From Styela clava (taxonomy: Eukaryota), in NCBI RefSeq assembly GCF_964204865.1, contig NC_135258.1:8866001-8930000 (forward strand): 64,000 bases of DNA, in the 5' to 3' direction. Made by a program: the position numbers and the translations under genes. Shown here in pieces: positions 53,340 through 64,000 of the stretch (the stretch's first letter is position 1; every line of letters starts with the position of its first letter). Under the pieces are notes generated by a model. That model was not told the DNA's origin, searched no databases, and saw only the letters and a program-made list of their open reading frames with translations.

Positions 53340-54525
53340 GAACATAACATGAAATTTATTTGTTTTTTTTTCCTGAAATCACACAGACTCAAATTGATCG
53401 TGCGAATGCTTATGCTCCAATTTATTGTTGTTGCATTGTGTAAACGAGATGACTAGTTGTGATTTAATTAGGATTTTCAATAGCAAACAGTCAAATCGTG
53501 CTCTAAAATTTACTCCAAGACGTCGGATGAATATTATACCTTCCGTGAATCTAAGGAAGGAATTAAGAGCTTAAAAATACGTCAATGGGGAAATATCAAA
53601 AATAGTTGGAAACCATTGTTCAAATAGAAATGTTTGTCTGCTTTATGTGGCAGAGTCATGACTTGACTGACTACGCTTGCACAGTTTGCAAAAACAGAGT
53701 CTTAGCAACGGAGAGCACTTTATTTTCCTTATTCACCAAATGTGTCTACAAGTATATATAACAACTTTCACCACATGGGTTGCAACTGCTGTATAAAATC
53801 ACATCTTGAATGCCTAAAGGCTCAAAATACGGAATGTAACACTGAGTTAAAATCGGGGCACTTGCACGAAAAAATTTGTTGCCTTAATTAAAACGCAATT
53901 TTGTGATGATAGTCAATGTGTATTTTATGCCTCTTAGAGTTTGTAAACATAGGGACTTAAAAAATAGCGGCGATGTCAACATTTCTTCTACATCTTTGCC
54001 GGATTTTTCTTTGAAATAATGTAGTCAAAAATCACTCATGTTCGCTAAATTCGGCTCAGCATATACAGAAACTGCAGCTCGCGAAATTGCATCGTTTGGT
54101 AACAATAAAGACAGACATTATGTAACAGAAAGTGAACGACATAGAGAGGGAGATGAATTTATTGGTTTATATACACAGCATTCAAAATAGGAAACAATAA
54201 AACATTTATTGTAGATGCAATATGTCAAATATTTAATCTTATAAAGTTATTTTTTAACACAATTCTGTTAATTTTCGGGCCTCTTTTAGCAGATCGCCGC
54301 ACTCTTTGGGAACCGCTGCCATAATGATATTTGATGACAAAGTTTTGTGCGAGTTGAATGTACTCGTTAAAACGAGTTTTATTTACAGTTTTATTTTTGG
54401 GACCGTATTTTGAAACTGCAATAACTATATTGTAGTTTCGATGCATTGTATGTGTTGAAGATTGAATTATTGCGGGCCTAATATGCTCCACAATTACGTC
54501 GCACAAGCTTTTTGATGGGTGCATA
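53340..54525 (-). repeat. Inverted, internally deleted copy of the peptide-gene upstream region (about 40150-42090)
   Basis: For example, the reverse complement of 53340-53420 matches 42005-42090 (GGAGCA...CACGATCAA.TGAGTC.GTGTGATTTCAG). Confidence 0.8.
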
Positions 54526-55998
54526 GTTATGGGATAAGTTTGAATGTTTGAATCGGTGGTTTCTCCGTGAACAAAACAACATGCTTGTCAAGTGTGATGA
54601 CCTGTTCTCAATGTTAGGTAATGTAATTTAAAATTTTACAATCTGTTTAACCATGAATTAAAATCTCAATTTTCCACATCATTAGGAAACACACTTGAAA
54701 TCAAAAGTGTGGAATAAAATATTTCCAAGTATTGTCAAAGCTGTGCTTTAGCTATTCTGAAAGGGTAAAATTGAATCTCAAAACTTGGACCACTCATCTC
54801 GACCAAGTGGGATAAAAAGAAGAGATTTTTTGCTAGTTTGGCCAAACACAAAAATATGTTATCCCGGCACATGTACTCCGTGATATAACCGAATGCAATA
54901 TAGACTCTAGATTGTCAAATGTATAATAAAGAAAAAGATTTGCAGATAAAACTTTTTTAAATTTTATGGCCGATTGAAGACTAGTGTCAGTCATGAAAAT
55001 ATGGCAAAATGATTTATGAATTGATATTTATTTATTCAAGCTTTCGCGGGTTGCAAAAAAACTCGCCACGGGCCGCGGTTTGCCCGTTGTATACTAACGT
55101 CATTCAATAGTATACATACTCCACACCGGTCACGAGCTTGCTAGAAAATACATATGGTCACACTGTAATTTATTAATATTGGAATCATGTGTGCAAGATA
55201 ACGCTAATTATCGCTATTGGTTAGATATGTTTACCTGCACATATTACCGAGTGGGTTAAATATTTGACGAGCCTAAATCTACTAAATCTTGCTTAAGTCA
55301 TGGATTCTGATAATCTAGGGCAAATTTGCATAACGCCTGCCAAATTGTTGTTCAATATACTGATCGATTGAAAACTACCGTCATTCATTGACTACCTTCA
55401 GTCATTGCAGTCTGGCGAAATGAATTGTGAAATATTTTTTATCAATTGCGTTTATTTTTTTTCATTTATTTTCGCAGACGAAAAAAAATCGTTGCCCATT
55501 GTCGTACCAATGTCACTCGTATACTTAATACACACTAACTTGAGCTTGCCGGAATGATCCCTAAAAAATCCACATGTGATCAGAAATTCACGAAGACCAG
55601 TATAATCCAATGAGCTACTGAGTCGTGGGTTATATCTCAAACAAGAATCTTTTGGCCAATAAACATAATCAGTTTGTTCCTACGCTACAACATTTTGAAT
55701 TAACTTGAATCGGATACTTTGATCAGAAATAGCGGAAAAGAAATTCAAGCAGAGTAAATGGATTGCATCTCAATCATTTATTGAAACCTATATATCAACA
55801 GGCGGTTTCCGGTCAAATTTCCAACTGTTGAGTGTTTTAACTACATCAATTGTTTCAAACTGTCTGTGTACAATGAAATTTATATACTTACGTGTATTGA
55901 AAATATATATCTATATGTAGGCATCAGACAATACCCCAGGTCGACAATTGGTGTTTCAAAGTTCTTGAAAGCTGAATTTTGGTGAGCAAATAATGAGT

Positions 55999-58900
55999 TC
56001 AATTGCATTCATGTCTAATGTCAATACGACTACAAATTTCGGGTTTGCCAGTTGTGCTGCCGTTACAAATTTCATCAACACGAAACTTGGTGGTTTTGTA
56101 TCCGCGTCCACAGCACATTATGTTGCAATCGTGCATTCCAATGGTTCTCACATCGCATTCGCGTCCGACTGTTCCCAATATTCCTCTTTCGGCATTCCGT
56201 TCACAATAGTTTGGCGATGCTTGCAAGTATATAAGCTCGGAATCGGTTGGTTTTCTCATCAATCTTCTGGCGACTAGTTCACCATTTTTCAACTGTTCAA
56301 CTTCGATCGCTCTGTCGTATGCCTTTTTCAATTCATCTGCTACAACACGAAAATCGCGAACTTGCTTCCAGCATGTTTTTAAATCACAAGAATCCTTTAA
56401 ACCATGGCATACACAAATGGTTTGCGATGTCCTGACAACGGCCTGTTAAAGTAACCAGTATTTAGTTGACTAAAGATTCAATATTATTTTTATGAGTTGC
56501 TGAGTAAATGATATATACAAAAGAAACAATATTTGAGTGCGATTCATGCTTCTCCATTTTATTTAGAGACGATACTACTACTTACGCCGTGAAAAATAAA
56601 ATGAAAATAATTCTACTATTTTGGACTCTATTGTTATAGTTGCATACTGCTGTGTTGAACCCTGCTCTTCGCCTAGGCTGGATGTGACAATAGGTGTAAC
56701 ATTTATCAATATATAAAATGACTGTGGCATATAAACATCGATTCAAATTATTCTTATCTTATTAGCTAATAATAATTGAGTTCTTCAAATAAAATCTTCT
56801 GAGAAGTAGTTAATAAAATGAATAACATCTAGTTCTTTTGAGTAATATACAAAAATATATTATATATACTATCAACCTTTTTTTCTGGCTAAATCAGTGA
56901 ATATGCTGTTGTAAGACATCTAGTTGATATCAAAGTAGTTATCCCTCGTAGCTGATGAAAGCCACTGAATTTTATAAAACAACACCTTCCGCCAAACGAC
57001 ATTGTGTTAGTTATTCTATAATCCATATTATGTGAAATGAACATATCTAAGACAGTATGTGAGATCTAAGACAGACTGATACCAACCATTCTTCCGATGT
57101 TATTGTTGTGAATGTTCATTATTTGTCTCTTTCTTGATGATTTTTTTCGTTTCTGACTATTTATAAAATCCTTCAGCAACTCGCTGGCATGAGAGGCATA
57201 AGGACTATTCTCTCCCCAGTCCTAATAAATACCACATACATAATATTACGTTTTTATACATATCTGGCGAAATCGCTCCGGGAATTATTGAAGATATTAA
57301 CATGTATAATATATTCTGTTTTGATTCATATATATAAATATATATATATAAAATAATTATATGTATATAGGCTCCATTCTCGACAGGGTAAGTTGGGTAA
57401 TTTACGTAGTCACGATAATAATGTTTCATTATTGATGATACAACATTTCAAGAAAAAACTATAAATGTATTGCCCAAGTTCATAGTAGAATTATGAATAT
57501 GAGCCAAGTCCCGACATTTTGCACCCGATGTTTCATACTTTTTTCCATTTTCTACATTCAAAGCAACTATCTTTAAAACGAATGGTCAAGCATTCTAAAA
57601 TGACATTGTTTGTTTTAAGTCAGGATTGCAAGTAGAAGATATTAGGTTTTCCGCTTACACGAAGTTAAGAAGCGAAGGCGATACAATTTTTCTGCCTACA
57701 GTCAATGCTTGCATTAAAAATATATTAACAAAAAAAAACATACCAATACTGCACCCGAATAAACAAGCGGTTTTGGGCATCGACGCTTTGGTAGAAGACC
57801 TTGTTGACAAGCTCTTGCAATTGAATGTACAGCTCCAGCAGCTGTTATTGCACGAACAAACGCCATTTCTCTTGTGTCTGGAATAATTGTAGACTTCAAA
57901 TTGAAGGCAGACATAATTCAAATACAATTTGGTAATCTACAATTTCCGGTCATGTTCAGTTAAATTTATTTATTTGAACTTTTCCCTAGCCATGATTACC
58001 TGGAGTCTACCACTCTACCACTTATACAGAATTCGATTCGTAAATATTTGCTACTCAGAGTAAGTTTGTATGACCTTGTGCGTGACGAAGCTGGTCTTGT
58101 GAGTGATAATCAAAGATTGTTGAGATTTCTTTAGAATTTTCTCGTAAATTTCCAATTAAATTGTATTTATTAAGATAGTTAAATAGTGTGATTGATTAGG
58201 ACTATTGGGCACGGTAGTTCGACGCCCTATATATATATGGCTCTACTCGGGCATTAGAACGTAAATAAAGGCAATAAATTGACACCGACACTGTAGCATT
58301 CCATATCGATGTGCCCCGTGATATCTTCAGGGGAAGTTAGATTATCAGAATACTGAAAGTTTGACTAGTCAATTATTCCATATTAAATAATTGTTATCAA
58401 AGGATTCAGAGTGCCGGATGGTATAGGATCATATTATTCTAATACCAGAGGTTTGGCAATCAGATTTGATTAAAAAATGAAATTGAAATAGCCATAGGGA
58501 AGGAAACAAAAAATAAGAATTTTTTTTTTATAAATTAAGGAAAAGTTATATGAACACACCCAAATCTGTTAGTTTTCCAAACACTGAGCTATCGTTAAAA
58601 GTTGGACAATTCCATCTATGATTGCGAAACTGGTATTGACATTCCGATATTCCCTTTCTGGCCCCTTCACTGACAAAGATCATAAAACTGTCTTTTCGTT
58701 TGCACCACTTCTTTTGAAAATTAGTAAATCCGTTCATGCCATCACATATTGAATCGTTATTTTGAAGCGAGTTGTAGGGTCCATCTCGTGCAACAGACCT
58801 TATAAGAAAATGTACAAATGTTACAAACGCCTGTTACGCACTAATCACTAATTGCAGAGATACAATGGGACTAATTGCGTTTTTTGAAGTCGCAACCTCC

Positions 58901-59069
58901 GTCTGAAGTGTAATGAAGATCATTCAATCTTAAACAATTGTTACACTGTATTATCCATTAGGAAACATAATATTACTTACCACCATTGGCAATGTCCGCT
59001 TTCGCTCAAAATTAAAACAAAAAGAATAGCAGACAGTATAAGCCAACAACCTTCTCGAATAAATCCCAT
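55999..59069 (-). CDS. Wnt: Divergent Wnt-family protein copy C, 5 exons, 346 aa, Lys at the acylation position
   Basis: Exons 59069-58981, 58798-58560, 57877-57744, 57221-57087 and 56442-55999 sum to 1041 nt in frame. Signal peptide. Motifs ECQYQFRNHRWNC, TREMAFVRAITAAG, HNNNIGR, CVCHGLKDSCDLKTCW, LIYLQASPNYC, CCGRGY. Confidence 0.93.
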
Positions 59070-61655
59070 TTTAGTTCTGCAATTACCTTGCGAATAATAG
59101 GCCTGTTGAGAGCACAATAGAGATATTTACTTTAACTGTAGTGATATCCAGCAACAACCTATTTTATCTTCGGAAGCAAAAACTACTTAATCTGATTAAT
59201 AAAAATTCATTTCCAAGACCAGATGGCGGAGCAAACTTAAATGGGCCACTCGAAGGTCATTAAGCGAAGAGATTAGAGTAAATTAGGAGCAATACAAATG
59301 TCAAATATACGCTAAGATGCGTGATATTACAAATAAAAAAATCCTCTAAACTTCTCATACGTTCTTATCCAACTGGCTATGCGATAGGAATTTGATTCCA
59401 TGCCTCAATTGTTATTTAGCAACTGTTTTAACCCAAAGAATGCGTTCTTGCAAAGTGATTAAAAATTACAAAGGTGAAACGCTGTTCAGTTTGAATTAAG
59501 CTATTTAAAGCATCGCTCAATATTAGTGAAAAACACCTAATTCGAAAATTTGTGACGTATTCTCTTCAATTACATCCTCAATTAGAAAAGAATATCTCGT
59601 GAATATGAGCTGTTCAAAGAAAAACAGTTTTGCCTGAACATCATTTCAATCCTAAAGGATTACTATCTTGGGATAATTTCTAGTGCCTTTTCAAACAGAA
59701 TTCAAGATCTAAAGTCGACTTTGCACATAATTCGCATTTTGCGAATTTTATTGATATTGCAATACGAGATGATAAATTTTCTCTCGAAAATTAATTTCAA
59801 TCCGAAGATGTAGTACGTCAACAATATGCTTAGTTTAAAATGTTTGCTGTGTACAACAAGGTCCTGATCAGGAATGATAATCCGCTGAAACGCGAATCCC
59901 AAAGTGATCTAGACCGACCAAATTTCCGATTTTTTAAACAAAAAACATACAAATGTTTCAGAGATATAAAAACTGATAAAGAAGTGACCTACTATAGTAG
60001 TTCTAATCAACCGCTATGTAGCTATTGGCAACAATACTGTTACAACGTTTATGGCATATCAGTACAATTCATTCCGCATTTCATGCAACTTTTGTAGGTT
60101 GGTACCTCTTCGAGACGATTTCTCCTGTTCATCACTTAGCAGCTCATCTAATTTCGCATACATTGTCGTTTACCCAATTTAAAATCTAATGGAAATTAAG
60201 TTTTAGAAAACAACAAATAAAAAGATCCGGATGGTAGTGATTTCATCACGGTTAGAAGCAGGACAGAAAATATTTCCTCGCCAGTGAAATTGCCTTCCAA
60301 ACTTTACAAACGTCACGGAGGAGGTGTTTCTGCCCACAATTCTTACGCGAGCTACGTCCACTCTAATATGCTTTGTTTGTTCAGAGGTAGTAAATACTAA
60401 TGCTAAGGTGAAGGTCGGGGAAGAGCACAGCCAATGTGAAACAAATACCACCACAAAAATAATATTCTTATTCTCAGTAGTTTTTTTTTATAGAGTCAAA
60501 AAATACAGCACGAGAGAATTGAGCAAAAAAAATGCTGTAATCCGTACACACACAGCTGGACACTCTTTGATTTTCCTTCAAAAGTCGAAAACAATTTATT
60601 CTAAAAGATGAATTAGGCTTATTCAGCTTTGTCAACAGTAAAATCTAACAATAAAACCGCACATAGCCATCAAAAGCAATTAGTCTCAAAATCCCTGAAA
60701 ATAAATAGCGACAACGAGCATCCAGAAAATATTATGCTTGTCTATTTGATTCACAAAAATATGAATCCCCGATAAAACGAGTATAACAGCATAGAGTATA
60801 ACAAAAACGATAGTAAATGGGAAGATGTCAAAAAGAAATAACCGATCGTATTGTACGGTTGTAAACTGTAAGAGTTATATAATTCGACACGTAGTGGACA
60901 TAGGAATCGTTTTGTTGTTGTTCTTGTTATTTGACACGTTTTTAAAAAATCTTCGATTACTGGACCAATTGCTTTGACATTTTCAGTGGTTGAAGATAAA
61001 ATTTTTCTCCAGAAGGCTATTACTTTTATTTATTTCTAAATTTTCTATGAAATCTGATTATTCATTCAAAATTTTGCTGTTTTAAAATTTACTCATGGGA
61101 ACACTGTTTTGAAACCTATTTCAAGCGGTTGCGGGATCAAGCCTGCAGCTACGGCTCCGTTACTGTAAGTTACCGTACCACAGCAAAATTGACTTATTCC
61201 TTACGCGATACGATAATGTTCTCAAGACGTGTTGATAGTCTAACCAAGAGTCTCAGAACCAGGGTAGACGTTAATATTCCAACAAGGAGTCCCTGATTCT
61301 AGTTGTTAGATTGTTGAAATTAGAAGCTCAAATGTTCCTCGATTTTGATTTCAGTTGAGATCATAAATAAATGACCTAGCGAGAACAGTATTTAGATCGT
61401 GGTAGGCACTTCGATGCATTGTAAAAAAAATCGACCTGTAAAAAAAATATATTATTTTTATGATTACGAGGGGATAAGTTACCTAATAATATACAAGAGC
61501 AAATATTAAGTGCCCAAGACCAAGCATGTGAAAATATTTTAGACATAATACATTTATTACTGCTCTGCGTTGGGAATTCGACAAACATAAGGTAATTTAT
61601 CATAATTTTTTTACCTGTTCAGTTTTTTTCAATCGTTTATCAGTAGATTTGATGT

Positions 61656-61843
61656 TAAGTAATTCCTTTTTCATCACAATGATTGAAGAAGAGACTGAAG
61701 AAATGAGTGGCGACGACATGGATGATGGAAATATAATTAAGAGTATTATGTTTAAGGGAAAAGCGGTAGAGTTCATATTATTGGTTTCAAATTTGTATCT
61801 TGCGGTGGCATTCGGATTGCTCGGAAAAAAGGCTGACAAATAA
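61656..61843 (+). pseudogene. 5' fragment of the orphan 7TM gene (N-terminus and TM1 only)
   Basis: EEMSGDDMDDGN...AVEFILLVSNLYLAVAFGL matches 32517-32691, then homology stops. Confidence 0.88.
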
Positions 61844-62470
61844 AAAATATAAAAGAAAAGGGAAATATGAGCAATAAACCAAAACTGGTGATCCTTGGGA
61901 GTGCAAACTGTCTATGGAAATCACAGTTGCTTAATGTGGTTTAATACTACGATGAACAGAAGAGAGTAGCCACATCGAGTATTTATAAAGGTAATCTAAT
62001 CTAAAGTATGTTCATTTTGACGTGTTATTCAAATGCAAGAGGTGGGAGTTGTTTGCAAGCAGAAAACTAATTAAATCCTTTTGGCTACCCTTTTAAATTT
62101 AATTCAAATCAATTCCCCTTGTTTTCCTTTGTATAGGTTTGCACTATGGAGAAATGATTATCGATATTATTTGGCAAGAGACTTCACCATGTTATCGTAA
62201 TATAAAGTATTCATCAAACGACACACTACTGATATGAAACACACTGATAAGCAAGTATTTAATGCTTCTCAAACAACTTAATTAACTTTCGGAGTGAATC
62301 CTAAAAGTTATTCAAATAGAGATCCTATAAATACAATATATATATCGATTCGCGGACTTTAGTAACTGCACAAACAAATGCAAATGCTTTTGGTGCAGAA
62401 AACGGAATATTGCTTATTCAATTTCTACAGGAATGGGGGAAGCGTTGTGAAACGGTTAATACAATTCAAG

Positions 62471-63195
62471 ATTGCTGGTTTTTAGTTGTATCCAGGTGAT
62501 GCATGATCTTAGGCAGTGTCAATGAAACAAGAGGCTTAAATTGCTAATACAGCATATGGTCCAAAAATCTTGCATTCGAGTTGACTTTTATTGTTCTAAC
62601 AGCGCTTGTAAATAAAGTAATACGCAAAAACTGAGTTTGAATATGAGTGACGTTATATGAATGAATAGACACACTTCCTGATAGCCTTAAAATTAGGGTA
62701 TTGGAATCGTTCCTATCTAATATATATGTCAATCTCATCATCGGATAAGGACATGATGACGGCAACGCAATCAGGTTGCAGTATACAATAAATACAATAA
62801 AGTGGTTCATTAAGTCGATACCAAAGACACGCGAGTATGGGAGATTGAATAACGGTTGACAATGTCAAAAATAAATTGCTGTTAAAACTCTATTCAGGCT
62901 GATTTTCTGAATTCATTGTGCACGGGTGATTTTCAAAAAAAAAAATCGTTCACCATTTGACACTTAAGCTTCAATCATGACTTCTTAGAATTGTATTCTT
63001 GAGTTCTATTCGGCTAGAATACTCTTAAGATCACTTCCCCAATATTTTTTCCATATGCGACCTGACGCCTAAAATTATTTTTTTTTAAATTTGTTGTCGA
63101 CTCCAAAAGATGTTATAGATCTCGACATCCTGTCTCCCAATTCATTTATACGCCAATATAAAGACATTTCAGCCATAAATTTATATTCCAATTGG
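62471..63195 (-). repeat. Inverted duplicate of the Wnt B-7TM intergenic region (about 31750-32507)
   Basis: The reverse complement matches, for example, TTAAGGCTATCAGGAAGTG, GTTAGAACAATAAAAGTCAACTCGAATG and CTCCCATACTCGCGTG. Confidence 0.88.
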
Positions 63196-63689
63196 TATGG
63201 TGGCCCATCGTTGTCACGTGTAAAATTTAAAAAAAAAATGAAAAAATAAAATGAAAAAGCAAAAATAAAAAAATAGTTGTGAAAAAACATAAAAATAATT
63301 GAAAAAAAAGAAATAAAAAAAAATTTAAATTAAAAAAAAAAATTGAAAAATAAAACAAACAAAAAAATTTAAAAAAAAATTGAAAAAAAAAAAAAAATTT
63401 GAAAAAAAAAATTGGATAAAAAGAAAATAAAAAGGTTGACAACGATGGTCCGCCTCGTGGCCCATCGTTGTCACGCGTTTTTATTTTTAGAAAATTTGAT
63501 GCTGCTTGGGACCAACGTTGTCAGACTTAATCCTACACGCACAAATGTGTTTCCTGGGTTTCTAACTCACTACTGATTTTCATGACCAATATCCAATAAA
63601 TTCAACATGAAAATGTTCTACAAATTCTCCATGCTACAAGTTCAACCACAAGCAATATATTTATAATAAGGATAAGAGAATATAGAATT

Positions 63690-64000
63690 GGATACGAAAA
63701 TTTGTTTTTACGTGTAGAAGGTAATTTAATTGGAAAATGCTGCTTAACTGCTCAGACACTCGTGCGATGCCGGTACGGTATCGTCTGACCGTACCGGTAC
63801 CCATGCAATCACTCGTGAAAGAATGGGAGATGATGAGTGATTGTATGGCTACCGGTACGGTCAGACGCAAAGCGACTATAACCGACTACCGGTATTTGGT
63901 AAGACGGTACGGTACCGGCATCGCGAGTGTCCAGACAACTGAGTAGTTAAGCAGCATTCTCCAAATTACCTTATACACGTAAAAACAAATTTTCCGAATT
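63690..64000. repeat. Nested palindrome / foldback element running off the window edge
   Basis: GAAAATTTGTTTTTACGTGTAGAAGGTAATTT...ATGCTGCTTAAC pairs with GTTAAGCAGCAT...AAATTACCTTATACACGTAAAAACAAATTTTC. Inner stem CGTCTGACCGTACCGGTA / TACCGGTACGGTCAGACG. Confidence 0.75.

Noticed and set aside
28007-59069. Assigning a Wnt subfamily number (e.g. Wnt5)
   Set aside because: The sequences are too divergent to assign by eye and need a phylogeny.
63220-63435. Phe-rich minus-strand ORFs over an A-rich tract
   Set aside because: Low-complexity sequence, possibly low-quality consensus, so the translation is an artefact.

Overview
AT-rich, intron-containing eukaryotic DNA. An ascidian origin (Styela-like) is inferred from a styelin-type peptide precursor and cannot be proven from the sequence alone. 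From left to right the window holds: (1) an 8-exon alpha-arrestin (ARRDC) gene; (2) a small U4 snRNA array with one intact gene and three damaged copies, each with a PSE-like element; (3) a decayed L1/Tx1-type LINE inserted at nt 39-40 of a U4 copy, with a second poly(A) micro-insertion and target-site duplication at the same U4 position, suggesting a U4-targeting retrotransposon; (4) a cluster of very divergent Wnt-family genes (two intact, one frameshifted, one single-exon relic), none with the acylated serine and with disulfide pairs and the index-finger tip deleted; (5) an intronless orphan 7TM gene; (6) a gene with four coding exons for an antimicrobial-peptide-like precursor that the ORF track misses; (7) tandem and inverted segmental duplications and many MITEs. 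Exon models were built by hand from GT-AG sites and reading phase, and no database searches were run.
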